Source of the DNA: Candidatus Hadarchaeota archaeon
Lineage (GTDB): Archaea; Hadarchaeota; Hadarchaeia; Hadarchaeales; Hadarchaeaceae
Assembly (NCBI GenBank): GCA_964575725.1
Contig: CAZNRG010000002.1
Coordinates: 1-39,858 of the forward strand
Length of the DNA stretch: 39,858 nt
Direction: 5' to 3'
The notes beneath the pieces are model-generated. The model worked only from the letters and a program-made list of their open reading frames with translations. It did no database searches and was not told the DNA's origin. A program made the position numbers and the translations under genes. This document shows, piece after piece, positions 24,674-34,605 of the stretch (position 1 is the stretch's first letter; every line of letters starts with the position of its first letter).

Positions 24674-25288
24674 CTAGCCCTCTTCAGCGAGAATTTGGGA
24701 GGCAAACTTTTCGATGAGGGGGGGCTTCATGCCAGTCCGCACGAGCTCTTTCTCGATTTCCTTCCGTGATTTGCCCTGCCCCTTCAACCTCAAGATTATC
24801 TTTTTTATGGTTTCATAGATTTCGTGGGGAAAGCATATCCATGCGTCGGTCTTGCGTGCGGAAAAATCAGGGGTCACGATCGACCACGGTTTGTAATAAA
24901 GCGCACAGATTTTGACGTCCGCCGCGCCCTGCTCGGCTAGGTGCTCCTTGACGAGTTTGAGACTTTTTCCGGAATCCGCAATATCATCCACGAGCAAAAT
25001 TCGCTTCCTCTTGACCTCGATGGGTATTGGTTGAGTTATTTCCGGCTTTGCGTGGGTTTTATAGATATCGATGTAGTGCTCGACCTTGATGGTGGCAATG
25101 TTTGGGTTTTCAAGCAAGTCGGACAAGACCCTCCCCGGGATCCACCCGCCCCGGGATATCGCCACGAGCAGATCGGGTTCATAACCGCTGCGCCGGATTT
25201 GGTCCGCAACCTGAATGCAGAGCTCGTAGATGTAGTCCCAGCTCGGCGCCTCATATTTATTGGGTTTCTTGGGGGATGGCATGGACAC
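24674..25288 (-). CDS. Phosphoribosyltransferase (Gpt/Hpt-like) with ~50-aa C-terminal extension
   Basis: 'LVAISRGGWIPGRVLSDLL' and the PRPP loop 'ILLVDDIADSGKSL' are present. The C-terminal extension 'KGQGKSRKEIEKELVRTGMKPPLIEKF' is absent from the 23490-23960 paralogue. Confidence 0.7.
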   Translation of the reverse strand: MSMPSPKKPNKYEAPSWDYIYELCIQVADQIRRSGYEPDLLVAISRGGWIPGRVLSDLLENPNIATIKVEHYIDIYKTHAKPEITQPIPIEVKRKRILLVDDIADSGKSLKLVKEHLAEQGAADVKICALYYKPWSIVTPDFSARKTDAWICFPHEIYETIKKIILRLKGQGKSRKEIEKELVRTGMKPPLIEKFASQILAEEG

Positions 25289-25345
25289 GCGTCTTATTGG
25301 TTGCGCTGAGGTTTTTAAAATTTCGTATGTTGGATCCGGGGCAAA

Positions 25346-25981
25346 TTATAGGTAATCTAAAAGCTGGGGGAGATGCTCAAAATCGTGGATTACGACATCG
25401 GCGACCTTCGCAAGTTCTGAGTCCACTCCTATCGCCACCCCCAACCCCGCGTGCTTCAAAAAATTCACGTCGTACTTGCTATCGCCGACCGCGACACACT
25501 GCTGCATATTTATGCCGAGCTCACTCACCAGCCCCACCAACACTTCGTGCTTGTACCGCGGCTCAACGCGGAAGATGCCCTCGCCAGTCAAGCGGCCATG
25601 TTCATCAACAGCCAGCCCGTTCGCGAAAACATTCCGAATGCCGAGCCTCCGCGCGACTTCCTCTGCCAGTAGGTCAAGCCCGCCCGTTATGATTGCCGTC
25701 TGATATCCCCTCTGATGGATCTCCCCGACGACCCGCTCGACGTTCGGCGCCAGCCCATGGGGGGTAAGCACGCGCCTGACCTGCTCACGCATCGGCGCCG
25801 GGCGCCAGAGCGCGATGTCGCGGCGCATGAACTCCGGGTAATCTATTTCACCCCGCTCGTACGCCACGAGGTTGCTGCGCGCGGCCTCTTGGGTGCCGAA
25901 GTGGCGATGGAGCGTGCCCCAGCAACTGTCCTCTTCTACCAGTGTGCCGTCCATATCAAAGGCGATGAGCTTGTAGCGCAT
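25346..25981 (-). CDS. HAD-IB family hydrolase (phosphoserine-phosphatase-like)
   Basis: Motif I is 'LIAFDMDGTLVEE' and motif IV is 'GDSKYDVNFLKHAG'. ATG 25981 is preceded by GGGGTG; the track start is GTG 25999. Confidence 0.75.
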   Translation of the reverse strand: MRYKLIAFDMDGTLVEEDSCWGTLHRHFGTQEAARSNLVAYERGEIDYPEFMRRDIALWRPAPMREQVRRVLTPHGLAPNVERVVGEIHQRGYQTAIITGGLDLLAEEVARRLGIRNVFANGLAVDEHGRLTGEGIFRVEPRYKHEVLVGLVSELGINMQQCVAVGDSKYDVNFLKHAGLGVAIGVDSELAKVADVVIHDFEHLPQLLDYL

Positions 25982-26041
25982 TTGCACCCCAGTAAACACT
26001 GATTTATCTCCCCAGTAATATTGCTTGGAGGTGTTAGGGTG

Positions 26042-26491
26042 ATGGAGTGGTTGGTATTCCTAATTTCGGTGGTGCCCTTCATCGAGCTGCGTGGCGCCAT
26101 TCCGCTCGCCATCGCTGCCGGATATGGCCCTGCCTCTGCGTTCACGATATGTGTATTGCTGAACCTGATGGCAATTCCAATTGCGTTTATTTTGCTAGAT
26201 TATATCCTACCGCCGATTCGCCGAAGGGTGAAGCTCGTCGAGAAAATGTTCCGGTGGTCAGTGAAACGCGCGCGCAAACATCGAAATTTGAGCTTGGTGG
26301 GGCTTGCTCTGTTTGTCGGCATCCCCCTCCCAGTCACGGGTGCGTACACCGGGGCGCTCATCGCTTATGTCGCGGGGCTTAACCGAAAGCGTGCGGCGCT
26401 CTCCATTGGGGCGGGCGTAGTCATAGCGGGGGTGCTAATATGGATTCTAGCGACCCTCGGGATAATCTGGATTCGAGGGGTATCACAGTAA
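26042..26491 (+). CDS. Small multidrug-export-like membrane protein (PF06695-like)
   Basis: 'LISVVPFIELRGAIPLAIAAGY' is the family N-terminal block. ATG 26042 is preceded by GGAGGTG. Confidence 0.65.
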   Translation: MEWLVFLISVVPFIELRGAIPLAIAAGYGPASAFTICVLLNLMAIPIAFILLDYILPPIRRRVKLVEKMFRWSVKRARKHRNLSLVGLALFVGIPLPVTGAYTGALIAYVAGLNRKRAALSIGAGVVIAGVLIWILATLGIIWIRGVSQ

Positions 26492-26527
26492 GACCAAATA
26501 ACAAGCCAACAACGAGTTTGTTTTAAG

Positions 26528-27091
26528 GTGCGGGCACAAAAATTGAGTGGGTTGCACTTGATAATTGAAATCGTCACGATCGGCGAGATCCCCACCGAAC
26601 TTCTGCATGACCTGCCCCCCAAGATCGAGAAGGCTTTCTCGGGGTTAGTGGGTGGCTGTCTCATATGCACCTCGCTAGGGATACCTCCCGCCGCCTACAA
26701 TGCGCGACGCAAGCAGTACGACGCTGACCTCATCCTCGATCGGGTGTTTCACCGAATAACCGGCGAAAATCGGGTGCTTGGGGTGCTCAGCGTTGATCTC
26801 TACACCCCGTCCCGCAACCTCAACTTCATCTTCGGCCAAGCCGAATTCCTAGGTAGGATTGCGCTGGTCTCGCTTCATCGGCTTGACCCAACCTTTTATG
26901 GCGCCTCACCCAATCGTAAGCTGTTCCTCAAGCGTGCGACGAAGGAGGCCGTCCATGAGCTCGGGCATACCTTCGGGCTCGGGCACTGCTTAAACCCAAA
27001 ATGTGTCATGTCCTTTTCAAATTCCATCCTTGATGTGGATAAGAAATCCGCGGTTTTCTGTGAAGGTTGTAAAAAGAGACTCCGTTATTAG
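26528..27091 (+). CDS. amzA: Archaemetzincin (peptidase M54)
   Basis: 'HELGHTFGLGHC' is followed by the Cys4 zinc motif 'CVMSFSNS...CEGC'. The start codon is uncertain; several in-frame TTG codons (26543, 26552, 26558) lie downstream of GTG 26528. Confidence 0.85.
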   Translation: MRAQKLSGLHLIIEIVTIGEIPTELLHDLPPKIEKAFSGLVGGCLICTSLGIPPAAYNARRKQYDADLILDRVFHRITGENRVLGVLSVDLYTPSRNLNFIFGQAEFLGRIALVSLHRLDPTFYGASPNRKLFLKRATKEAVHELGHTFGLGHCLNPKCVMSFSNSILDVDKKSAVFCEGCKKRLRY

Positions 27092-28194
27092 ATGACCTCC
27101 ACCATGCGTGTCTGGAGATAACCGACGATAACAGGGATGTAGCCACGAAGCTCGTTGTCTAGATTGACGTCACCCGTATCGACTTTCAAAGTTGGGGTCA
27201 GTGAGAGTTTGTGAGGCGTCGCAAGCACCAAAATATTTTTCTTCCCCACCTGTTTCACCACCGCGGGGCTTAGCTGCTGGTTTCCGCGCCCTAGAATGAA
27301 ACCCTGCCTGCCTATCGGGCTCACCACTATCGCCGCTGGTTTGCCCTTAATCGCTTCCAGAATTTGTCGCTCGTTGACATCGCGTGCGAGCAGCTTATAA
27401 TCGCGGATGAGGTCGACCCCCAGCAGGGTTGAGTCGTAGATGCCCAGCTCCTCCGCCACCGCTCGCGTCGTCGTGCCAGGGCCCAGTGCGTATATACGTC
27501 CCTTTTCCACGAGTTCAACCATCCATCGTGCAATCGCCTTCTGATCCGCCAACTCAAACCCGGCACTTCCTTCTTTAGTCGCCTGCATCATCACTGGCTC
27601 ATAAGGAACTTGCGCGTAGCCCTTGAGCTTCGCCACTAGGCGGTTTTCGCGGTAGGCGTCCTCGTCTATGTCCATGACCTCCGCCTCTCGCAGCGGCAAC
27701 CCCTCACTCAAAAAACGTGCCGCAACTTGCCCTGCCGCTTCGGGAGTGTTGGCGAATGCCGCGGAGTGTAGCTTGACGCCAGTTGGGATTCCTAAGATTG
27801 GTGTTTGAGTTCCTATCGCCCCGATCACGTCGCTCATCGTGCCGTCCCCGCCAGCGACGAGGGCGAGGTCGACCCCCAGTTCAAGCATTTCCTTAGCCGC
27901 ACGTTTTGTGTCCTCCGCCGTCGTCTTCCCCTGGGTTATGCGCCCGATCACCCGAGCTTCCAGACCCGCCTCGCTTGCCTCCGCCGCCCCCATCTCAACC
28001 GGGTAAGTTATCAGCTCGAAATCCGCCCCGGCCCGCTTTAAAACCCGCAGCGCTTCCACTGCCCTAGCTGGAGAAACAGGCTCTGCGCCGAGTTCTAGGG
28101 CTTTTGCAACGATGTCCGCGCCATTAGTGCCCTTCAGCCCTACGCGTCCCCCCATGCCTGCTATGGGGTTCACAATCAGACCTAACTTCTTCAT
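27088..28194 (-). CDS. ATP-NAD kinase family protein, AcoX type (COG3199)
   Basis: '[22 protein letters not shown]' and '[11 protein letters not shown]' mark the NAD-kinase/DAG-kinase fold GGDGT motif. Length is 368 aa. Its start overlaps the gcvPB stop by 4 nt. Confidence 0.75.
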   Translation of the reverse strand: MKKLGLIVNPIAGMGGRVGLKGTNGADIVAKALELGAEPVSPARAVEALRVLKRAGADFELITYPVEMGAAEASEAGLEARVIGRITQGKTTAEDTKRAAKEMLELGVDLALVAGGDGTMSDVIGAIGTQTPILGIPTGVKLHSAAFANTPEAAGQVAARFLSEGLPLREAEVMDIDEDAYRENRLVAKLKGYAQVPYEPVMMQATKEGSAGFELADQKAIARWMVELVEKGRIYALGPGTTTRAVAEELGIYDSTLLGVDLIRDYKLLARDVNERQILEAIKGKPAAIVVSPIGRQGFILGRGNQQLSPAVVKQVGKKNILVLATPHKLSLTPTLKVDTGDVNLDNELRGYIPVIVGYLQTRMVEVI

Positions 28195-29684
28195 CTCTTC
28201 GCCAGTCTACGATACATCTTCCAACTCAAAATAGATTCGCGCGATGCCTTGACCTCGTCGAGCCTGCCTATCGCCGTGGCGGTTGGGGCTGCGTGAAGTT
28301 TCTCCGGGCTCGAACGTGCTTCCTCAGCGATTTCCTTTAACGCGTTTATGAAACGGTCGAGTTCCTCACGCGGCTCGGTCTCGGTCGGCTCGATCATGAG
28401 CGCCTCGGGCACTATCGGCGGGAAGTAATAGGTGGGGGCGTGCGCGCCGAAATCGAGTAGCCTCTTGGCGACTAACTGTGCCTTAACGCCCCATTTTTTC
28501 TTCATCGGCTCTGCGCTGAAGACGACTTCATGTTTGCAGGGGCCGCTGGCGTCGAACTTTAGCTCGTAGCCCTCAACTCCGAGTAACTTGCGCATGATAT
28601 AGTTAGCGTTAAGCACCGCTGTTTCCGTTACCTCCTCCAACCCCTCAGCACCCATCAGCAAGATGTAAGCATACGCCTTCACCAGAACGCCGAAGTTCCC
28701 GTAAAACCCTTTGATTTTGCCTATCGAGCTGGGTCGGTCGTAGTCTAGGTAATAGCGCTTGCGCTTGCGATCGTACTCAACCGCGGGCACGGGTAGGAAT
28801 TTCTCGAGTTCTCGTGTCACCCCGACCGGGCCTGCACCTGGGCCGCCTCCACCGTGGGGAGTCGAGAAAGTTTTGTGTAGGTTAAAGTGAACGATGTCGA
28901 AGCCCATGTCGCCCGGACGAGTTTTACCCATGATCCCGTTGAGGTTCGCCCCATCGTAGTAGAGGAGCCCGCCAGCGCCGTGGACGAGTTCTGCGATCTC
29001 CAAAATTTGATCCTCGAACAGCCCCAGGGTGTTTGGATTTGTAAGCATGAGCGCCGCGGTTCGCTCGGAGACCGCCGCCTTGAGCGCCTTAAGATCGACG
29101 CGCCCCCGTGCATTTGATGGCACAGTTACCACCTCGTAGCCAGCCATCGCCGCGCTCGCCGGGTTGGTGCCGTGAGCGGAGTCTGGAACTATGACTTGAT
29201 CGCGCGCGCCCTTCCCCTTGGACTTGTGGTAAGCTCGGGTAAGTAACATCGCGAGCAGCTCACCGTGCGCCCCGGCTGAGGGCTGTAGGGAGACGCGTGC
29301 GACGCCGGAAATCTCTGCAAGAGAACGCTCGAGATTGTACATGAGTTCGAGCGCGCCCTGCACGGTCTCTTCAGCCTGATACGGGTGAATGGAAGCGACC
29401 GTCTCAAGCGCCGCAAGCTCCTCGCAGACCTTTGGATTGTACTTCATCGTGCAAGAGCCAAGGGGGTAAAAGCCCGAGTCGATGCCGTAGTTCATCTGCG
29501 AGAGGCGGGTGTAGTGGCGGACGACCTCAGCCTCGGAAAGCTCGGGCAGCTCTAGGCGCTCGCGCAAGAGGCGTTTAGGCAAATTCACGCGCCCTGGCCC
29601 CTTTCGCTGGAGGCCCCCAACTCGCCCCCGGCCGCCCAGCTCGAAAACTAACGGCTCAAGCCATCGCGCCTGCCGGTAATTCAT
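28191..29684 (-). CDS. gcvPB: Glycine dehydrogenase (aminomethyl-transferring) subunit 2
   Basis: It is 497 aa, with '[19 protein letters not shown]' (PLP-lysine region) and '[12 protein letters not shown]'. Confidence 0.95.
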   Translation of the reverse strand: MNYRQARWLEPLVFELGGRGRVGGLQRKGPGRVNLPKRLLRERLELPELSEAEVVRHYTRLSQMNYGIDSGFYPLGSCTMKYNPKVCEELAALETVASIHPYQAEETVQGALELMYNLERSLAEISGVARVSLQPSAGAHGELLAMLLTRAYHKSKGKGARDQVIVPDSAHGTNPASAAMAGYEVVTVPSNARGRVDLKALKAAVSERTAALMLTNPNTLGLFEDQILEIAELVHGAGGLLYYDGANLNGIMGKTRPGDMGFDIVHFNLHKTFSTPHGGGGPGAGPVGVTRELEKFLPVPAVEYDRKRKRYYLDYDRPSSIGKIKGFYGNFGVLVKAYAYILLMGAEGLEEVTETAVLNANYIMRKLLGVEGYELKFDASGPCKHEVVFSAEPMKKKWGVKAQLVAKRLLDFGAHAPTYYFPPIVPEALMIEPTETEPREELDRFINALKEIAEEARSSPEKLHAAPTATAIGRLDEVKASRESILSWKMYRRLAKR

Positions 29685-31075
29685 TTTCTTCCCCTCACGA
29701 TTTTTTCAAGCGTCTCAGCAAGGCAATCGATGTCCTCGCGCGAATGCAACTCGGTGGTACAGAGCAGGGCCGTTTCACCGAGCTCCGGAAATTCTGCGCG
29801 AAGTGATTTTCCGCCTTGGATGCCGCGCTTGAGCAATTTGGAGTTAAGCTTTTTGATTGATACACGTGTGTCATCGCAGTTCAGCGTGAACTCGTTGAAG
29901 TGCGGCGCATCGAAGATGGGCGCTCGAATGCCCTTGATCGCGCCGAGCTTCAGCATCGCATAGCTCGCGTTCGCGGCGCAGAGTTCGGCGAGCTCGCGCA
30001 GCCCTCGGGGACCGAGCGATGCGAGATAAATGGCAGCCGCAACCGCGCACAGGGATTCGTTTGAGCAGATATTGGATGTCGCTCGCTCGCGGCGGATGTG
30101 TTGTTCGCGGGTCTGGAGGACCATACAGTACCCCCTCGCCTTGCCGTCGAGGGTTGAAGTCATTCCTATGAGCCTGCCTGGCATTTGTCGCAAAAGCTTC
30201 TGGTCGCTCCTGCAAGCAAAGATTCCCAGCGAGGGCCCTCCGAAGCTCACGGGGTTACCGAGTGGTTGCCCTTCACCCACGACGATATCGGCGCCGTAAT
30301 CGCCGGGGGGTTTGAGCAGCCCAAGCGAAATCGGGTTCACGCCGACCACGAAAAGCGCTCCAGCTTTATGCGTTGCTGCCGCTATCTCGTCGCCCTGCGC
30401 CTCTAGGAAACCAAGGTAGCTGGGATTCTCGATGTAAACTCCCGCGACATCCTCGCCGAGCTCCTCGCGAAGCTGCTTGAGATCGAGCTGCCCGGTGCGA
30501 CGATCGTAACCTATCTCGACCACCTTCAAAGCCGGACCCGAAGCGTAGTTTCGCAGCACAGAGAGGCGCTCTTGGGGGATTAGTTTGGGCACGATGAATT
30601 TTCGCCTCTTAGTTACCCGTACGCACATGAGCGCCGCCTCGCCCAGCGCGGTTGCCCAATCGTACACTGAGGAATTCGCGACCTCAAGCCCCACGAGCTC
30701 GGCGATCATGCTCTGGTACTCGAACAACGCCTGGAGCATGCCTTGGCTTGCCTCGGGTTGGTAAGGGGTGTAGGAGGTCAGAAACTCCGAGCGCTGCGCC
30801 AGCGAGCGGACGTGTGCTGGTACGTGGTGGGGCCAGACACCCCCACCGAGAAAAGAAAGTTGCTGGGTAAAGGGCTTGTTTTTTGCGAGCATCGCCCCCA
30901 CGTGACGATTGACCTCGAGTTCCGACATCGCGGGCGGCAGCTTCAGCTTGCGCTTGAGACGAATTTTGGGTGGGATGTCTGCAAAGAGCTCATCGATGCT
31001 CGCAACACCTATCTCGCGCAGCATCTGCTCCCGAATCTCCCGCGTGTTCGGGATGTAGGGGTGGCCCACGCGCAC
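29681..31075 (-). CDS. gcvPA: Glycine dehydrogenase (aminomethyl-transferring) subunit 1
   Basis: 464 aa, with 'HPYIPNT', '[12 protein letters not shown]' and '[20 protein letters not shown]'. It has a GTG start. Confidence 0.95.
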   Translation of the reverse strand: MRVGHPYIPNTREIREQMLREIGVASIDELFADIPPKIRLKRKLKLPPAMSELEVNRHVGAMLAKNKPFTQQLSFLGGGVWPHHVPAHVRSLAQRSEFLTSYTPYQPEASQGMLQALFEYQSMIAELVGLEVANSSVYDWATALGEAALMCVRVTKRRKFIVPKLIPQERLSVLRNYASGPALKVVEIGYDRRTGQLDLKQLREELGEDVAGVYIENPSYLGFLEAQGDEIAAATHKAGALFVVGVNPISLGLLKPPGDYGADIVVGEGQPLGNPVSFGGPSLGIFACRSDQKLLRQMPGRLIGMTSTLDGKARGYCMVLQTREQHIRRERATSNICSNESLCAVAAAIYLASLGPRGLRELAELCAANASYAMLKLGAIKGIRAPIFDAPHFNEFTLNCDDTRVSIKKLNSKLLKRGIQGGKSLRAEFPELGETALLCTTELHSREDIDCLAETLEKIVRGRK

Positions 31076-31079
31076 CAGC

Positions 31080-31514
31080 TCACTCGAGTTTCTTCAGGTA
31101 TTCCGCGTATGCCTTGGCGTCCATCAGCTGTTTGAGCTCGGCATCGAGGGCACTGGGCTCGAGCACGCAGATCCACCCTTCGCTGTAGGGGCTCGTGTTG
31201 ATTAACTCCGGACGCTCCTGAAGCGCGGGGTTCACCTCTTTCACCGTGCCGCTCAGGGGGCTGTAGACTGCCGAAACCGCTTTGATCGACTCGACCGCTC
31301 CCAGCTCCATTTCCTTGCCTTTTGGATCTGCCGCCTGCTTGACCTGCTTGCCGACCTCAGGCAGCTCGACGTAGACCACATCTCCTAGCTTGCTCTGCGC
31401 GTAATCGGTGATGCCTACGCGAGCTAGCTTTCCCTCGAGCTTGACCCACTCGTGCTCGCGGCTGTAGGAAAGCCCTTCAGGCACATCATAATTGCCTGTC
31501 TTCACCATACTCAC
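31080..31514 (-). CDS. gcvH: Glycine cleavage system H protein (lipoyl carrier)
   Basis: 'YSREHEWV', 'ITDYAQ' and the lipoyl-lysine block 'VESIKAVSAVYSPLSG' are present. Length is 144 aa. Confidence 0.95.
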   Translation of the reverse strand: MSMVKTGNYDVPEGLSYSREHEWVKLEGKLARVGITDYAQSKLGDVVYVELPEVGKQVKQAADPKGKEMELGAVESIKAVSAVYSPLSGTVKEVNPALQERPELINTSPYSEGWICVLEPSALDAELKQLMDAKAYAEYLKKLE

Positions 31515-31550
31515 CTCGCCAGCTAAAACTCGCGCGCCAAAACTTAAAGG

Positions 31551-32516
31551 TTACAGTAGCTGGCCTCGGATAACCGCGATTTCCTTTAATGTCGGCTTTC
31601 GCGGGTAGTTGTAGATCGGTCCGCGCGGCGACTCGTTGTAGAACGGGCGGTTGCAGCCCGGGCAGCCCGACGTGCGGAAAGGCTCGCCCGACTTGACTGT
31701 CTTATTTATGGTATCCTGTCCCACTCCAAAGTCAACGATATGACCACCATCGAAATGCATTAGTTCAACCCGGCTCAAGTTGCTAACTATCAAAAATCTG
31801 GCGAGTTGAATCCTGCGGTAGCTGGCAACATCGGGCTGGGGGTGGCTCGATAGCGGAGTGCCAGCGATGGGGGTGAACGCGAACAGCCCAATAGTTATGC
31901 CTTGATTATGCAAGAGCTGGATCGCCCGCACCATCTCCTCCTCACTCTCGCCCAATCCCACAATGAGGTGAGTCGAAACTCGATTATCGAAAATTGAGCG
32001 TGCGGCGTTTAGCGCATCCATGTGCTCTCCCCACCTGTAATCGCTACTAGTGCCCTTGATCCGTTCAAAAAGCTCGGGCGTTGCCATATCGAGAGCTATA
32101 CAAACTCGTTCAACTCCGGCCTTCGCGAAGCGCTTGATCTCCTCTTTCTTTAAAGGTTGGCACGAAACTGAAATTGGCAGGCCACAAGCTTTTTTCACTT
32201 CCCCCACGAGCTCGCAGAGGTCATCCACGACTCCCGGATAGTTGACCGCTTGGATACAAACGCGCTCGAACTCATTTGAATTTTCACCCAGCGCTGTGAT
32301 GACTTTTTTCAATTCAAATCGGGGCCAGACCACGCGCGACAGCATCCGCAAATCGGCCGTTGCCTCTCGCGCCTGAGGGCAGAACTTGCAGTTTGCGCTG
32401 CAGCGACCATCGTAATAGGTCAGCAGGTGCGCTGTTGTCGGCGCTACCGCGAGCTGCCCGCGCCAGAGGTCGAGCACTACCCCTGTGCCAAAAGCCACCC
32501 TCACCGAAGTCACCAT
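31551..32516 (-). CDS. Biotin-synthase-like radical SAM protein, candidate LipS1/LipS2-type lipoyl synthase subunit
   Basis: The triad is 'CSANCKFC', with additional C-terminal Cys in 'SGCPGCNRP'. It sits between the lipoate ligase genes and gcvH. I cannot assign S1 versus S2 by eye. Confidence 0.55.
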   Translation of the reverse strand: MVTSVRVAFGTGVVLDLWRGQLAVAPTTAHLLTYYDGRCSANCKFCPQAREATADLRMLSRVVWPRFELKKVITALGENSNEFERVCIQAVNYPGVVDDLCELVGEVKKACGLPISVSCQPLKKEEIKRFAKAGVERVCIALDMATPELFERIKGTSSDYRWGEHMDALNAARSIFDNRVSTHLIVGLGESEEEMVRAIQLLHNQGITIGLFAFTPIAGTPLSSHPQPDVASYRRIQLARFLIVSNLSRVELMHFDGGHIVDFGVGQDTINKTVKSGEPFRTSGCPGCNRPFYNESPRGPIYNYPRKPTLKEIAVIRGQLL

Positions 32517-32572
32517 GTTCGTCCTTCCCGATGGAGTTTCAAAACTTTCATTAACTCACTCAACTTTCATCG

Positions 32573-33622
32573 TCAACTTGGCGGGCTAGTCTTGTAGTAC
32601 GGACTGAGTTTGTAGATGATTGCAAAAATCGCCAGCAACGCAATTACGATGGCTACCGCCCACGCAGCTGCGCGCAACTGATCGGCCGCCCCCGATGGCT
32701 CCTCGGCCCCCTCCGGCGGGGCCGCTGAAAACATTATGTCTCCCTTCAAGTTCTCCAACGACCCCGAGTAGGTAAGTGCAGTCAGCCACGCTTTGTTCTC
32801 GAAAAGCTCTGCCACATTCGGGCTTATCTGCTGCAACTCGTTCTCGCTCACCTCGAACTCGATCAAAACATTTTCTCCACCCGCGATGAATGATGCGATG
32901 GAAAAGCCTGTAGCTTCAACTGAGCTCGCATCAAGCTTGTCGTTGGTAAGGGTGAAGAGGGTTATGTCGGTCGTGCCCGAAGCAAGCGAGGAAATCTCGA
33001 GCGGGAAGTAGAGGTAGTCGCTCTTGAAAGAGTAAATTATCGGCTCGCGGCTCATCAGATAATCGCTCAGGTCGATCAAATCGAGAACCCAGTAGCTCAT
33101 TCCCCGCTGCAAATAAACTGCTGCCAAATTTTCGAGCTGGCTCCAAGATACTTCCTGTGCATTTTCCAAGTTTTCTGCAACCAACAAGTTTTTCGCAAAA
33201 TCAATGAGTTCTGAAGCGCGGTTGACCTTTAAGACGGTGATGTGGTGAGCGCCTATGTTCTCCTGAAAGACTACCTCAAGCGGTGCACTGCCAGGCTCCG
33301 CTAAGCCATGTTTAAAGTAGGTATTCCTCGCGAAATCAAAAAGCATGGATTGAATATTTTCAAACGAGCCGAAGCTTCCCGCCTCGGGTTTTGCGGGCTG
33401 AGTAGGCAGCGGGAGGAGCTCGAGCGCCCAAGTGTTCTCGCTCGCCCAAACGTTGGTCGAGAGAATCAACACCTCATTCTCCCCGTCCCACGCGATAATC
33501 GCTTTCTGCCCCGGCTCGTAAACCGAGATATCCCCGGGGACGACCATGCCCATGTCCGCCGTGGCAACTGGTAGCATGACTAAGATCAGCAAACCCACGA
33601 AAGGCCAAGCGCACGCACGCAT
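32573..33622 (-). CDS. Secreted, C-terminally membrane-anchored protein, DUF2330-like
   Basis: It has a signal-peptide-like N-terminus 'FVGLLILVMLPVATA' and a C-terminal TM 'AAAWAVAIVIALLAIFAIIY'. The blocks 'QKAIIAWDGENEVLILS', 'WALELLPLPTQP' and 'IGAHHITVLKV..ASELIDFAKN' resemble DUF2330, by recollection. Confidence 0.45.
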   Translation of the reverse strand: MRACAWPFVGLLILVMLPVATADMGMVVPGDISVYEPGQKAIIAWDGENEVLILSTNVWASENTWALELLPLPTQPAKPEAGSFGSFENIQSMLFDFARNTYFKHGLAEPGSAPLEVVFQENIGAHHITVLKVNRASELIDFAKNLLVAENLENAQEVSWSQLENLAAVYLQRGMSYWVLDLIDLSDYLMSREPIIYSFKSDYLYFPLEISSLASGTTDITLFTLTNDKLDASSVEATGFSIASFIAGGENVLIEFEVSENELQQISPNVAELFENKAWLTALTYSGSLENLKGDIMFSAAPPEGAEEPSGAADQLRAAAWAVAIVIALLAIFAIIYKLSPYYKTSPPS

Positions 33623-33645
33623 ATTTTTCCCGTTATATGGTCTAG

Positions 33646-34605
33646 CTAGCCTGAGCTTAAATTTTGTCTCATGTTTGAAACGAATTCACCTTCAGCTGGA
33701 ACGGCGCAACACGCATCAAGCCTCTTCACCTCCAGCCCCATCCTCTCTGCTGCCCTGATTGTCTCAACGCTTGGGACCTCAATTCGATCTACACCAGACC
33801 TAAGGGCTTGAAGTTCTGTTTCAACCCTTTCCCCCGATCTGGGCCGCATGCACCCTAGGATCAGCGGGATTTCTGGGAACTTGAGCCTGGCTTCAGCTAT
33901 GAGTTCTCCAACCACGGGCGGAACTGGCGCCTCCACTCCTTCAAACGCAGTACCTTTGGTTGGGGCAAGGACGAGGAAAACTAGGGCAGCGATATCGGTG
34001 GCGGCTGCCATTTCGAGAGCTCTAAACTCCCCTTTGACTTCGCCCCCGTGAAGTCCGATGCAGATGTGGGGCACGATGCGGGGGATCGATTTTTCAAGAG
34101 CCTTCAACGTTCGCTCGTAATCTTTGGTCGTTCGCTGTATCCCCAAAACATGCTTTATCGTTTCATCTGCCCCAATCAAGTCCACTGAGGCCATGTCAAC
34201 GCCGCCCCTTCCAAGCTCCCTAACCAGCGAGGGGGGTGCCAAGCCGGTGTGAACGTTCAAGAAAAGTCCTGTCTCTCGCTTCACCCGCTCGATCGCACCA
34301 AGGAAGGGCTCAAACGGCACATAACCCTCGCCGTTATATCCCCCACTCAGAAGCGCCCCGTGTGCACCGTTCATGGCCAGCTCTAGACACGTTTTGTGTA
34401 AGACGTCAGGTGTTTGGCAAGAAATCATATGTTGCAGGTAGCGGCGGCCGCAGTGCTTGCAGTTGAGCGCGCATTCATCACCAGTAATCGAAATCGTTGG
34501 AAATTTTGGGTGGGGATAGCAAGAAAAAAATGTGGGATTGTGTTCAAGTTTCATTGAAAATGCGCGGCGTTGAATTTTGGTTATCATCAGCGTTTCCTCA
34601 ACCAT
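33646..34605 (-). CDS. Biotin-synthase-like radical SAM protein, candidate LipS1/LipS2-type lipoyl synthase subunit
   Basis: The triad is 'CALNCKHC'. The alternative ATG at 34587 forms a TGATG stop/start overlap with lplA. Confidence 0.55.
   Translation of the reverse strand: MVEETLMITKIQRRAFSMKLEHNPTFFSCYPHPKFPTISITGDECALNCKHCGRRYLQHMISCQTPDVLHKTCLELAMNGAHGALLSGGYNGEGYVPFEPFLGAIERVKRETGLFLNVHTGLAPPSLVRELGRGGVDMASVDLIGADETIKHVLGIQRTTKDYERTLKALEKSIPRIVPHICIGLHGGEVKGEFRALEMAAATDIAALVFLVLAPTKGTAFEGVEAPVPPVVGELIAEARLKFPEIPLILGCMRPRSGERVETELQALRSGVDRIEVPSVETIRAAERMGLEVKRLDACCAVPAEGEFVSNMRQNLSSG

Noticed and set aside
23490-25288. PRT + Toprim + zinc-ribbon as a phage-defence module (retron-, PARIS- or OLD-like)
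   Set aside because: The Toprim protein is the small COG1658 housekeeping type, with no ATPase, reverse transcriptase or ncRNA partner. The PRTs look like ordinary Gpt-type salvage enzymes in a salvage neighbourhood.
25102-25692. 196-aa plus-strand ORF rich in Arg/Pro/Ala
   Set aside because: It is antisense to the well-supported PRT and HAD genes. Its composition is that of a GC-rich antisense frame.
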